Assembly (NCBI RefSeq): GCF_035638815.1
Contig: NZ_DASQZG010000005.1
Span: 11,613-75,612 of the forward strand
DNA: 64,000 bases
DNA from: Polaromonas sp.
GTDB lineage: Bacteria > Pseudomonadota > Gammaproteobacteria > Burkholderiales > Burkholderiaceae_C
Direction: 5' to 3'
Below, in pieces: positions 27,885 through 37,459 of this stretch (the stretch's first letter is position 1; each line of letters opens with the position of its first letter). The notes beneath the pieces were generated by a model that worked only from the letters and a program-made list of their open reading frames with translations, searched no databases and had not been told where the DNA came from. The position numbers and the translations under genes were made by a program.

Positions 27885-28460
27885 ATGACAGTCGGCTATT
27901 CACTTGCCTTGTTTTCTCGCCCTTTCGCAGAGCGGTCCTGGACCCGCCCATCCCGCATGTGGATCGGCTTGATCCTGGCGATTGGCTCGCTGGTGGCCAG
28001 CGCAGGAACCATCACCGGAAAGGTTGTGGGCGTGACCGATGGCGACACCCTCACGGTCCTGGATGCGAACGATCAGCAGTTCAAGATCCGCTTGTCTGGC
28101 ATCGATGCGCCTGAGAGAGGACAGCCTTTTGGAAACCGGGCCAAGGAATCACTAAGCGAGATGGTGTTCAACAAACAGGTGGTTATCGAATTCAGCAAGG
28201 AGGACCGGTACCGGCGCAAGGTCGGCAAGGTACAGCACGAGGGCACGGACGTGAATCTTGAACAGGTCAAGAAAGGAATGGCCTGGCACTACACCGCCTA
28301 TGCGAAGGAGCAAGCGCCGGCAGATCGCGAAGCGTATGCGAGTGCCGAAGCAGAGGCCAGGGCTCAGCGCCGCGGCCTCTGGCGGGAGCCCATTCAGGCG
28401 GCGCCGTGGGAGATTCGGCGGATCAAGGCCGCAGTCCGGGAAGTGCCCGAAAGGAATTAA
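27885..28460 (+). CDS. thermonuclease (staphylococcal nuclease-like), membrane-anchored or secreted
   Basis: ATG 27885. N-terminal hydrophobic segment, SNase blocks GKVVGVTDGDTLTVL, IRLSGIDAPE, GMAWHY. Confidence 0.85.
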   Translation: MTVGYSLALFSRPFAERSWTRPSRMWIGLILAIGSLVASAGTITGKVVGVTDGDTLTVLDANDQQFKIRLSGIDAPERGQPFGNRAKESLSEMVFNKQVVIEFSKEDRYRRKVGKVQHEGTDVNLEQVKKGMAWHYTAYAKEQAPADREAYASAEAEARAQRRGLWREPIQAAPWEIRRIKAAVREVPERN

Positions 28461-28705
28461 GCCGCGCCTACTGCGTCCCTGACGCATTTCTTGCTGAAGC
28501 TGTTCTTGGCTGCACCGGAGAGCTTCTTCTCTTTGCTGGCGATATCGCACTTGGCGGCCGCATCTTTCTCGCACTTTTTGAGGAAAGAAGTTTTGGCGGC
28601 GCCGGACAACTTTTTCTCAGTTGCATTGGCGGTGCAGGTGGCGTCTTGAGCGAAGGCCGAACCAGCGAAGCCCAGAATGGTGATCACGATAAGTTTCTTG
28701 AACAT
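28457..28705 (-). CDS. PsiF-repeat secreted protein
   Basis: ATG 28705 after AAGGAG. Signal peptide, duplicated KKLSGAAK(T/N)SF(L/S)KKC repeat. Confidence 0.7.
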   Translation of the reverse strand: MFKKLIVITILGFAGSAFAQDATCTANATEKKLSGAAKTSFLKKCEKDAAAKCDIASKEKKLSGAAKNSFSKKCVRDAVGAA

Positions 28706-29088
28706 GAATGCTCCTTGTGAAACCCGAACAGCGAATCGGGTTAGCCACTGTAGCGCATGCGCTCGGAGCGCACGCATCTCTCCCAAGGGCTTTACGCCCC
28801 ACCGGACCTCAGATGCTCCTCAATCTCATGCATTTGCGCATTGAGATAAACCAGGCGATGAACTTAGGAAAACGGCGGCAACGGCGCCCAGCTCAGGTCA
28901 CTCGCCGAACCCACCGCAGCCAATATCGGTCCCCGAATTTGGAATCTGGCTGCACGGCGTGACGCCCTACGCCAGCGCTCGCTGCGGTGGGTTGGGAATG
29001 CCTACCGGACACCGGAGCATCGAACACCACCGATCAACGGCAATCCAGCGCGTTGATCGAGTTTTCGACAACATCACCCGGATACCCT

Positions 29089-29538
29089 ATGAACCACCAA
29101 GGCGTCAGCGAAATATTCTTTGAAGAGTCCTACACAGTGCCAGCGGACCAGACGGCTAAGTCGCTTTTTTCGCGGCTTCCTCACGGAAGCGGATACGCAG
29201 AGCGGCTGGTCGAATGTCTTGCCACCGGGTACCTGGTAGCGGTGGTTGAATCTATTTGCATTCGTGAGATGCAGCAGCACGTCGATGCCGCCGCTGAAGT
29301 GGTGGTCGGCCGTTCGATCCGCATCGACCATCGAGGGCCGATCCCGCCGGGGTCTCCGCTTCGGCTGCGCGGATGGCTGGAACGGCTGGGAGACCGGAGC
29401 GCCACATTCCGCGTGCAAGTCCACGACGCACACGAAGTCGTCTGCGAGGCCACTGTCACGCTGGTGGCCGCACAGCGGACACTTCTGGAGTCGCGCATTG
29501 CGACAAAGGTTCAGGCACTCCAATGCCCTGGCACCTAA
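29089..29538 (+). CDS. hotdog-fold thioesterase (FlK-like)
   Basis: ATG 29089. Pattern LATGYLVAVVESICIREM and length fit the small thioesterase family. Confidence 0.55.
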   Translation: MNHQGVSEIFFEESYTVPADQTAKSLFSRLPHGSGYAERLVECLATGYLVAVVESICIREMQQHVDAAAEVVVGRSIRIDHRGPIPPGSPLRLRGWLERLGDRSATFRVQVHDAHEVVCEATVTLVAAQRTLLESRIATKVQALQCPGT

Positions 29539-30129
29539 GAAAAGCGCGTCCCGCTGGTAGCGGAGCGCGGGGTACAACTCAACTGCTGCGCTCGAATGTC
29601 ATGAGCGCCGGTCCGAGTAAATCCTGCGGGCAGGCTACCGTGACGATGGCGGCTCGGCGAGGGCCTTCCCGCTTGCACTTCCTTCCACGCCAAAGATGCC
29701 GACCGCTGGCCAGCGCCGATGCGGCGGGATCGTTCCTTCTGATCTCTTTGTCAGCCGACATGGACCTGAACTGCGACAGGGGCCTGCCGGAACGCTGTTG
29801 CAGCGGTGACGGTGCTGGGGCCATGCGTCCTTTCCCCACAGGATCACACCCACAACGGCCTTGTATTTGTCGTGAATCCTGGCTCGGGCACGGCGGTGTT
29901 GCACTTCGTTTCGCACTGCCTCGGGCTTTTTCGCCGCAACCGTCCAGCCCAACAAATTTCCCCGACCTGCGGTCTTCCTCGCGAGGCAAATTTCTCGGGC
30001 CTCCCGGTCCTTCACTGCGTTACGGCCCCTCCGCTTCGCTGTGGGATGCGGCGCGCCCGGACCCTCACCCATCGGATCACGCCAAGGCCGCGATGGGCGC
30101 GACCTGGTTAACTTCAAAAGGACTTCATC

Positions 30130-30435
30130 ATGGCCAACATCGGCACCTTCACCGCACAGAACGACAGCTATACCGGCACGGTTCGCACCCTGACGCTCAA
30201 CGTCAAGGTCAAGATCGTTCCCAACAACAAGGAGAGCGAGAACGCTCCGGACTACCGCATCGTCGCTGGCAACTTCGAAATCGGCGCGGCGTGGAAGAAA
30301 GTGAGCAAATCGGATCGCCCCTACCTGTCGGCGACCCTGGATGACCCGTCGTTCCCGGCAACCATCTATGCCCGCCTGGTCGAAGGCGAGGACGGCGCGC
30401 ACAACCTGATCTGGTCGCGCAGCAAGGGTGACTGA
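30130..30435 (+). CDS. DUF736 protein (conserved ICE/plasmid small protein)
   Basis: MANIGTFTAQNDSYTGTVRTLTLNVKV...PDYRI...IGAAWKK...YLSATLDDPSF is the typical DUF736 pattern. Confidence 0.85.
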   Translation: MANIGTFTAQNDSYTGTVRTLTLNVKVKIVPNNKESENAPDYRIVAGNFEIGAAWKKVSKSDRPYLSATLDDPSFPATIYARLVEGEDGAHNLIWSRSKGD

Positions 30436-30447
30436 GCGTCGCTGTCG

Positions 30448-30474
30448 GCGCCCCGCCACCAGCGGGGCGCTTTC
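30448..30474. terminator. GC-rich hairpin between convergent genes (weak T-tract)
   Basis: gcgccccgc-cacca-gcggggcgc followed by TTTC. Confidence 0.45.
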
Positions 30475-30526
30475 ACGATTCCGCGGATTGAGGTCCGCTA
30501 ACTGCTTCGCTAGCGCTCGATAGTGG

Positions 30527-30964
30527 TCAGTTTGCGAGTTCCGCTATGCGCGAAGTCGCCTCGCGCTTGCCCAGCTTCAATGCAGCGCGCAAAGCCGGGA
30601 GCTGAGAGGCTCTGGGCGTAGCCTTCTGCTGCTCCCACTTGTAAATAGATTGGCCGGAGACGCCGACCAGCACACCCATTTCAGCCGCTGTTATGCCCAG
30701 GCGCTTGCGCTGCGCGGCAAGCCCTGTGGCGCTGAATCGATTTCGCAAGGGCGCCTGCGCCGGATCTACCTGTACCGCTGGGGCCCGGCGGATGCGGGCT
30801 GATCCCTTCGCTGCGCGCTCCAGATCCGTGATGCGACGCTTCAGGGCAGCGATTTCCATCCGATACTGGCTGACGGCTTTTTTCAGTTGGGCGGTTTCTC
30901 CGCGCAGTTCTTTACGAGCAATTCGGGTGATCTCAGCTTTCAAAACGGTCGCGACGTTCATCAA
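30527..30964 (-). CDS. XRE-type HTH regulator with N-terminal coiled coil
   Basis: C-terminal HTH (LGITAAEMGVLVGVSGQSIYKWEQ). Confidence 0.7.
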   Translation of the reverse strand: MMNVATVLKAEITRIARKELRGETAQLKKAVSQYRMEIAALKRRITDLERAAKGSARIRRAPAVQVDPAQAPLRNRFSATGLAAQRKRLGITAAEMGVLVGVSGQSIYKWEQQKATPRASQLPALRAALKLGKREATSRIAELAN

Positions 30965-31232
30965 AAATCCTTTGTTGGTCCGGAATCAATTATCGACTGG
31001 GCTCTTTGGCGCCGATTCGCCTTCACGCTTTTGCGGCTGTACGCTTCTACTGGTACGCGTAATTCCTGAAATGCGCATGCGAGGCTTCAATGAAAGCCGT
31101 ATTCCCAGGTTTGCGTCTATACGGATTTCAGGTTTAGCAAAGGTATGGGCTTGTGCGTCTCCGGCGATGCCGGCCGCGCTGTCGTGCTGCATCGAGCCGC
31201 CCGTGGCGTCTCGCCCCTTCGGGCTTCCATCG

Positions 31233-31458
31233 CTGACGCCTTCGCGCCTATCTGCGCTGCGCACTGCGTTTGCAGGAGCAGAGGCGAGGGCTAGCTTGCT
31301 GTTCACTTACCGTATCACGTCGTTCTCGTCGTTAAGGTCTGCGCGTGCCTTGCACGCTGGCGTCCTGGCGGCCGTCAGTCGAACCTTGACGGCTGCGCTG
31401 CGACGTGCTGCTTCCGGTCTCGGGCAATCCCGCCCTGATTCCTTTCAAGGAGAAGACC
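31233..31458 (+). promoter_or_regulatory. conserved ~230-nt non-coding leader, copy 2 (upstream of DUF2958)
   Basis: See copy 1. The identical 21-mer is at 31414-31434. The gttaaggt/accttgac pairing retains a G-T wobble relative to gtcaaggt/accttgac in copy 1. Confidence 0.6.
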
Positions 31459-31806
31459 ATGACGAAGCTCATCACCGACGAACAACGCGCGCAACTGCTG
31501 GCCAACGGCCGGCAATCCCTCAAACAGGAAAACTTCGATCCCACTCCTGTGGTCAAGCTGTTCACCCCGGACGCTGGGGCGACCTGGCTGCTGGCCGAGA
31601 TCGACCCGGACGACCACGACCATGCGTTTGGGTTGTGCGACCTGGGCCTGGGTTACCCCGAGCTGGGGTGGGTCAGCCTGGCAGAGATCGTGGAGGTGCG
31701 CGGCGGGCTCGGACTTCCGGTGGAACGGGATCTGCACTTCGCACCTCAAAAGCCTCTGAGTGTGCGCGCGCGTGAGGCGCGGTTCGCTGGGCGGGTCGTG
31801 GCTTAG
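31459..31806 (+). CDS. DUF2958 protein
   Basis: ATG 31459 after AAGGAG. Pattern PVVKLFTPDAGATWLLAEIDPDD...AFGLCDLGLGYPELGWVSLAEI. Confidence 0.8.
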   Translation: MTKLITDEQRAQLLANGRQSLKQENFDPTPVVKLFTPDAGATWLLAEIDPDDHDHAFGLCDLGLGYPELGWVSLAEIVEVRGGLGLPVERDLHFAPQKPLSVRAREARFAGRVVA

Positions 31807-31897
31807 CAACCTCCGGTGCCGCCGAAGCGGCGTCCTCAGAAGGGGGAGGCGATCTACATATTTCGTCGGGATCGATGCCTTTCGAAACGGATGCCTA

Positions 31898-32149
31898 CTA
31901 AATGCCCGCAGCCGCGAGAAGCTTTGAGGGCCGAACCCCTAGCGCCTCGGCGATCTTGCTCAGGTTGATGACCGCCACGTTGTGCTCACCCCTCTCGATG
32001 CCGCCCATATACGACCTATCAAGGCCCGCCAGATCAGCCAGCGCCTCCTGGGAGAGATCCTTGGCGGCGCGCGTGCGTCTGATCGCATCACCAAGTGCGG
32101 TGAGGATGGGGTCTTTTGCGAATGACGGAGACGGTTTGGCCACACCCAT
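31898..32149 (-). CDS. XRE-family HTH regulator
   Basis: LSQEALADLAGLDRSYMGGIERGEHNVAVINLSKIAEAL. Confidence 0.8.
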   Translation of the reverse strand: MGVAKPSPSFAKDPILTALGDAIRRTRAAKDLSQEALADLAGLDRSYMGGIERGEHNVAVINLSKIAEALGVRPSKLLAAAGI

Positions 32150-32335
32150 CACTGTCTCGGGTTGATGTAAATAACACCACGGGATAAGATACCCAATTGA
32201 ATACAATGACACTCGTTGCAAGGCGACGTAGAGTCGCAACGTATGCAGAAGCCGTCACGATTCATCGACTCGAGCTAGGTAGCGCTTGATTTATCGGCTT
32301 GTCGGACTAGGATGTAACTTGCTCACAACATCACG

Positions 32336-32677
32336 ATGACGGTTCTCGCAAACGAGCAACGAAGCCAAATGCTGGCCAACGGTGCCGCGCGGGTACGTGG
32401 GGACACTCTTGACCCCTTGCCCGTGATCAAGCTCTACACGCTGGACGCCGGGGCCGCCTGGCTGCTGACCGAACTTGACGTCGATGGAGACAGAGCGTAC
32501 GGCCTGTGCGACTCTGGTACCGGCAGTCCTGAGTTGGGACATGTCAGCCTCTCGGCCCTCGCACGCGTGCGGGGTCCGCGCGGCATGCGCATCGTGGCTG
32601 ATCCGCACTTTAAAGCGCGCCAGACACTCTCGGGCTATCTGGCCGACGCTCAGCGCGACGGCTCGATCAGCGACTGA
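32336..32677 (+). CDS. DUF2958 protein (paralogue)
   Basis: PVIKLYTLDAGAAWLLTELDVDGDRAYGLCDSGTGSPELGHVSLSAL parallels 31459-31806. Confidence 0.8.
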   Translation: MTVLANEQRSQMLANGAARVRGDTLDPLPVIKLYTLDAGAAWLLTELDVDGDRAYGLCDSGTGSPELGHVSLSALARVRGPRGMRIVADPHFKARQTLSGYLADAQRDGSISD

Positions 32678-32781
32678 CGAGCGTCTTTGAAGCGTCGCTA
32701 TTCGCGCGACGCTCGGTCGCCGCAAAAGCGACCCATACTTTGCACGCCTATGGCAGCGTTCCTCTTTCAAAGGAGGATTTC

Positions 32782-33579
32782 GTGACCGACCCCAACCTCG
32801 AAGACCTGCCCAGCACACCTTGGGGCGTGTCTGCTGCTTATCTCTATCTGCTGGATCTCGATGATTCGGCGCTCGCATGGGAATATTTGCGCCGCCACCC
32901 GGGCTATCGCTTGGATTGGAAACGCCGCAAGCGCGTGGTGTCGTTTGCCCGTTGGGGGTTGCGATATTGCGAAGATCCCGACCTAGACGGACGCCTGGCG
33001 CATCCGCTGTGGCGGTCATCTCCTGACGGGTTGCTGCAGGTGCGTGCTGCGCACGCGCGCAGTGCGGTAACCCGCCGATTCGATCTGTGGCGCATTTCCG
33101 GCCGCAAGCGCCTGGCGCTTGATGGTTCCGACTTGTCGCTGACTACCGACCTCAGTGCGCAGCGCATGCACTTGTCCCTGTCGGGCAGCTTGGCTGACGG
33201 GACCCCTTACGCGGGCGCAGTGCCGCTAACTCGGAACCTGCGTGGCAACTTGGGCACCTTTATCGCACAAGCGCAGGCGCTGGAAGGACACCCCCCGCAG
33301 GTTGACCCCGCACGGGCAGTGTCCCGCGGAGCGCTGCTTCATCTACGCGCCCTGCAAGCGCTCGATGCGGCGCAGGTGGGCGCGTCGCAACGCGACATTG
33401 CCCAGGTCTTGTTCGGTCTGGAAGCCGTAGTCCTACGCTGGCACGAAGACGGGGAACTGCGCGCGCAGGTGCGCCACCTGCTCCGACGGGCCGAGGCGCT
33501 GATGAATGGCGGCTACCTGACCCTTGCGGGTGTTTCGCATCCCGCAACGAACCACCCCGGAGACGAACCGGTGCGCTGA
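32782..33579 (+). CDS. DUF2285/DUF6499-type regulator-like protein
   Basis: GTG 32782 is 6 nt after AAGGAGG. WEYLRRHPGYRLDWKRR motif. Confidence 0.6.
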   Translation: MTDPNLEDLPSTPWGVSAAYLYLLDLDDSALAWEYLRRHPGYRLDWKRRKRVVSFARWGLRYCEDPDLDGRLAHPLWRSSPDGLLQVRAAHARSAVTRRFDLWRISGRKRLALDGSDLSLTTDLSAQRMHLSLSGSLADGTPYAGAVPLTRNLRGNLGTFIAQAQALEGHPPQVDPARAVSRGALLHLRALQALDAAQVGASQRDIAQVLFGLEAVVLRWHEDGELRAQVRHLLRRAEALMNGGYLTLAGVSHPATNHPGDEPVR

Positions 33580-33672
33580 ATCTCTCCCTGCCTTGATCGG
33601 GCCTGGTTGCCGAGACTACCCTCCATCGGGCCGCGAATGGTTTGCGGCCCATTGACAGCGATGGAGGCCGTC

Positions 33673-33978
33673 ATGGCAGTTGGCAGTTCTTTCCCGTCCC
33701 GCGCGACAGCAGCGGCCGCGCCACAGCGCTCTGTGGCTTCGGCGGTCCCAGCCGGGCCGGCTAACCCCGAATTTCTGACCACCGACGAAGCCGGCGCGTT
33801 CCTGCGGCTGTCGCCACGTACGCTGGAGAAGCAGCGAGTGTTGGGTGGCGGCCCGCGCTTTCGAAAGTTCGGCGCGCGCGTCGTCTACGCGGCCGCCGAT
33901 CTGCGTGCATGGGCCGACAGCCGCGCCTACGGCATGACCTCGGACCCCGGCTACGAACAGCGCGACTCTGTCCGCTGA
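33673..33978 (+). CDS. excisionase/MerR-like HTH DNA-binding protein
   Basis: ATG 33673 after GGAGG. LTTDEAGAFLRLSPRTLEKQRVLGGGPRFRKFGARVVYAAADLRAW. Confidence 0.65.
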   Translation: MAVGSSFPSRATAAAAPQRSVASAVPAGPANPEFLTTDEAGAFLRLSPRTLEKQRVLGGGPRFRKFGARVVYAAADLRAWADSRAYGMTSDPGYEQRDSVR

Positions 33979-34004
33979 TTGGCTGCACGAGGGGGCAGCA
34001 CCTT

Positions 34005-35009
34005 ATGTCGAAGCGCCTGAGCGAACGCGAACAGCTTTCGCTTTTCCGCGCATTGCCGCACGGTGACATGGCGCTGCGTGATGCCCAGGATTTGATGGCC
34101 TACCCGTTCTTTTCCCTTGCGAAGTCGCCGCGCATAGTCCCGATCAGGTTCGAGGCCGGCGGCATCTGTCTCACTGTCGAGGGCGTGCCCGAGCACGGCA
34201 TCGCCACAATCTGGGACGCCGACGTGCTGATCTGGGCCGCCAGCCAGATCATCCAGGCGAAGAAGGAAGGCATCGTGCCTTCGCGTCTGATGGTGGCCAC
34301 GCCTTACGAGATCCTGCGCTTCGCGCAGCGGGGTACTGGCCGCAGTGACTACCTGGCGCTGCGCGCCGCGCTGGATCGGCTCCAGTCCACGACGGTCGCC
34401 ACCACGCTGCGCCAGCGCGAGCGCCCGAACGGCGCCACGCGTGTGCACCGCTTCTCCTGGATCAACGAGTGGAAAGAGTACATGCGACCGGACGGGCGCT
34501 CCGATGGCATCGAGTTGATTCTTGCCGACTGGTTCTTCACCGGCGTAATGGATGAGGCCCTTGTGCTGACGCTCGATCCTACGTATTTCCGGCTTTCAGG
34601 CGGCATCGAGCGCTGGCTGTACCGGTTGGTGCGAAAACATGGCGGACGACAGCCTGCCGGCTGGCGCTTCGATATGCGCCACTTGCACCTGAAGTCAGGG
34701 AGTCTGCAGCGCCCTTCCGACTTTGCGCTCCAGGTGCGCCAGCTCGCGCGGCGCCAGGCGTTGCCCGGCTACCAGCTGTCGCTGGAGCGCAGCGGCGGCA
34801 TCGAATGGTTGGCCTTCCGGGCCGGCCCAATCGAACCCGTCGAGGCTGACTTATCCACAACTTCTGTTGAAGAACCTGTGGATGGGCTGGGGATGGGCTC
34901 GGTGGATCACCCGCAGGACCCTCGGTGGATCGGCCGCAGAAGTATCGGTGGATCGTCCGCACCGATCGGCCAGAAGGCCACGCCCAGCAACGGTTTCGAG
35001 CCTCCCTAA
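34005..35009 (+). CDS. repA: replication initiator protein A-like (ICE RepA)
   Basis: DLMAYPFFSLAKSPRIVPIRFE...ATIWDADVLIWAASQI is typical of this family. Confidence 0.8.
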   Translation: MSKRLSEREQLSLFRALPHGDMALRDAQDLMAYPFFSLAKSPRIVPIRFEAGGICLTVEGVPEHGIATIWDADVLIWAASQIIQAKKEGIVPSRLMVATPYEILRFAQRGTGRSDYLALRAALDRLQSTTVATTLRQRERPNGATRVHRFSWINEWKEYMRPDGRSDGIELILADWFFTGVMDEALVLTLDPTYFRLSGGIERWLYRLVRKHGGRQPAGWRFDMRHLHLKSGSLQRPSDFALQVRQLARRQALPGYQLSLERSGGIEWLAFRAGPIEPVEADLSTTSVEEPVDGLGMGSVDHPQDPRWIGRRSIGGSSAPIGQKATPSNGFEPP

Positions 35010-35029
35010 ACATCTAAAGGGATACATAA

Positions 35030-35779
35030 ATGGAAGTCACGCGCGCGCGAGCCGAAGCTGCTCAAAAAATGGGCAGTGCCTTGCCGGAGGCAGTCCGAAC
35101 AGCCGAAAACCGTTTACCAGGAAGACGGGACAGGCCCGGCAAGGTGATCGCGCTGCTCAACCAGAAGGGCGGTGCGGGCAAGACCACGCTCGCCACGCAC
35201 TTGGCCGGCGAACTGGCGCTGGCGGGAAACCGCGTGACGCTGCTCGACGCCGATCCGCAAGGCTCGGCTCTCGACTGGGCACAGCGACGGCTTCAGAACG
35301 GGCAGGGTCGGCTCTACGGCGTGTTCGGGCTGGCGAGGGACTCACTGCACCAGGAAGCCCCGCAGATCGCCTTGGAGGCGGATTACGTGGTGATCGACGG
35401 TCCGCCCAGGGTCGCGGCGCTTGCCCGCTCCGCGCTGCTGGCCGCCGACCTGGTGCTGATTCCCGTGCAGCCCAGCGCCTATGACGTGTGGGCCAGCCAT
35501 GAGATGGTGGCGCTCGTTGCCGAGGCCCGGGTGTTCAGACCGCAGCTTCGCGCGGCCTTCGTGATCAACCGGCGCGTGGTAGGTACCGTGATCGGCCGCG
35601 AAGCTCGCGCCGCTTTGGCGGACCAGCCATTCGCCGCGTTAGAGACCGAAGTCTCGCAGCGCATCGTGTTTGCCGACAGCGTGGCCGCAGGCCGGCTCGC
35701 ATGCGAAGCGGTGCCGAAGTGCGCCGCAGCGCGGGAAATCGCGGCACTGGCGCTGGCAGTGCAGGAGATGCTGCGATGA
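35030..35779 (+). CDS. parA: ParA-family partition ATPase
   Basis: Deviant Walker A NQKGGAGKTT. ATG 35030 after AAGGGA; N-terminal extension length uncertain. Confidence 0.85.
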   Translation: MEVTRARAEAAQKMGSALPEAVRTAENRLPGRRDRPGKVIALLNQKGGAGKTTLATHLAGELALAGNRVTLLDADPQGSALDWAQRRLQNGQGRLYGVFGLARDSLHQEAPQIALEADYVVIDGPPRVAALARSALLAADLVLIPVQPSAYDVWASHEMVALVAEARVFRPQLRAAFVINRRVVGTVIGREARAALADQPFAALETEVSQRIVFADSVAAGRLACEAVPKCAAAREIAALALAVQEMLR

Positions 35780-36039
35780 CGGCATCAGCGTCATCTGCAG
35801 CGCCGAGGCGAGCATCCATCGGCCGCAAGCCTGCCATCGACCCGGCCTCGACCTGGGTGCGACAGGCTGATGCACCTGAAGTTGCCGCAAAGGCGTCGAT
35901 ATACACCGCGCGCCTGACCATCGACGTGACGCCGGCGCTGCGAGGTCGCATCAAGGTAATCGCCTTCGAACGCGGCGTTACCGCCGCCGAAATGTTGCGC
36001 GAGCTGCTGAAGCGCGAATACGGCGGAGGCCAGTCATGA
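35776..36039 (+). CDS. small ribbon-helix-helix partition/centromere-binding protein (ParB/ParG-like)
   Basis: ATGA overlap with parA. C-terminal RHH-like LTIDVTPALRGRIKVIAFERGVTAAEMLRELL. Confidence 0.55.
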   Translation: MTASASSAAPRRASIGRKPAIDPASTWVRQADAPEVAAKASIYTARLTIDVTPALRGRIKVIAFERGVTAAEMLRELLKREYGGGQS

Positions 36040-36554
36040 GACAGTTGTTCCCCACCACTGCGCAGGCTTGGCCCCAGGACTTGCCGCCGCCACGGCCTGT
36101 TTATATGCGGGTCTCGCTTGCCTTCGTCGAGCATCGGGTAAACGTCTGGTTGCGCTTTGGTCAGCCCGCGCGCGAAACAACGTTGGATCGCTGGCGGCGC
36201 GTGGCGACATTCGAACCCAATGCCGTCTGTTGCCGCGTGAAGTGGATAGGCAATGACTACGGGACGGCGCTCTGGCAGCTCATGGTGCTGCAGGCGCCCA
36301 TGCCGTTCGATGGCGCGCAACGAGTCTCCGGTGTAGCGCCCGGCGCGCGCATCCTGCTGCGTGCCGATGGCGAACCACAGGTCAAAGCGGCGCTCGAAGC
36401 GATCGACGCCATCGAAGCGCTCGGAGTCGATCCGGCTGCGGTTGCCGTCACGTACTGGCGCACGGCTGGCAACCGGCTGGCTGCACACCGGCCGCTGCCG
36501 TACTACACCGCCGAGCGACATGCGGCACATCTCGCGCGTCGGTCGCTGAAATGA
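36036..36554 (+). CDS. DUF2840 protein
   Basis: ATGA overlaps on both sides. Conserved position between parB and traF in Tn4371-like ICEs. Confidence 0.6.
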   Translation: MRQLFPTTAQAWPQDLPPPRPVYMRVSLAFVEHRVNVWLRFGQPARETTLDRWRRVATFEPNAVCCRVKWIGNDYGTALWQLMVLQAPMPFDGAQRVSGVAPGARILLRADGEPQVKAALEAIDAIEALGVDPAAVAVTYWRTAGNRLAAHRPLPYYTAERHAAHLARRSLK

Positions 36555-37084
36555 GCCAGCGCGCGCTTTTCGCCGGCATGGGCATTGGCTTGGCTGCACT
36601 GCTCGCGCAGATCTTCATGCCGTTGCCAGCCCATAAGCGTGCGCTCGTGGTCTACAACCCGACGGACAGCGTGCCGCGCGGCTGGTACCTGGTTGGCAGC
36701 ATGAAGCGCGCAGGTGCGCTGCCCGTCAGCAGCGTCGTTCTGGCCCGCCTTCCCGTCGACGTGGAGGCCTTTGCGGGACAACGCGGCTACTTGCCGGGCG
36801 GCGTGCCGATTCTCAAACGCATTGGTGCCATCGCACCGCAGTCGGTATGTGTTCGAGAGCAGGTCGTGCTAATTGATGGGGCAGTTGCGGCGACCACACG
36901 CACACATGATGGCGCGCGCCGGCCACTGCCTGCCTGGCAGCATTGCCGACTCCTTGCCGAGGGCGAACTGTTCCTGCTCAGCGACACGAACCCGGCATCC
37001 TTCGATAGCCGCTACTTTGGCCCGATCACTGCGTCAGACGTGGTCGGCATCGCACGGCCAATGTGGACCTGGAACGCGCCATGA
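36551..37084 (+). CDS. traF: S26-family signal peptidase, conjugative TraF
   Basis: NPTDSVPRGWY and SDTNPASFDSRYFGPI motifs. Confidence 0.8.
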   Translation: MSQRALFAGMGIGLAALLAQIFMPLPAHKRALVVYNPTDSVPRGWYLVGSMKRAGALPVSSVVLARLPVDVEAFAGQRGYLPGGVPILKRIGAIAPQSVCVREQVVLIDGAVAATTRTHDGARRPLPAWQHCRLLAEGELFLLSDTNPASFDSRYFGPITASDVVGIARPMWTWNAP

Positions 37085-37345
37085 GCCTTGCTCTATCGCG
37101 TCATCAAGTACGCCGCCCAACTGCCGCCGGGCATGTGCCCGCGCTGCACTCGGTCGTGCGGGGAGTCCGTCGCCAGCGTGGTGCTCGCGCTGCACCGCCG
37201 CTGCCTCTCGGGCAGCGTTGCGCACCCGGTGCGCGGCTGGCGGCAGGTCGGAGCCGGGAGCGGATGCGGAAGGCGGAGACGGAGGGCCAGATAAAGGGGC
37301 CGGCACGCCGACCCTCGCCGAGCCAGTCTGCACGTGGGTGGGACG

Positions 37346-37379
37346 CGGCACGGCATCCGTCTGCGCCTGTGCCGTGCCG
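37346..37379. promoter_or_regulatory. inverted repeat upstream of the relaxase (oriT candidate)
   Basis: cggcacggca-N14-tgccgtgccg, 10-bp perfect arms, in the 375-nt ORF-free gap between traF and the relaxase. Confidence 0.35.
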
Positions 37380-37459
37380 ACGCGTTATGCCGCATGCCAA
37401 CGACAGGGCCCGTGTGCCGCGTCCGATCCACTGCGCCACACTGCGCCAGGGTTTTCGCG

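Noticed and set aside
29373-30459. Long ORFs 29373-30344 (+, 323 aa) and 29635-30459 (-, 274 aa)
   Set aside because: They are Arg/Pro/Gly-rich with low complexity. They overlap the well-supported DUF736 gene and each other, as expected for spurious open frames in high-GC DNA.
35565-36599. 344-aa minus-strand ORF antisense to parA through DUF2840
   Set aside because: It is antisense to four translationally coupled, motif-supported genes, and its composition is typical of a GC-rich shadow ORF.
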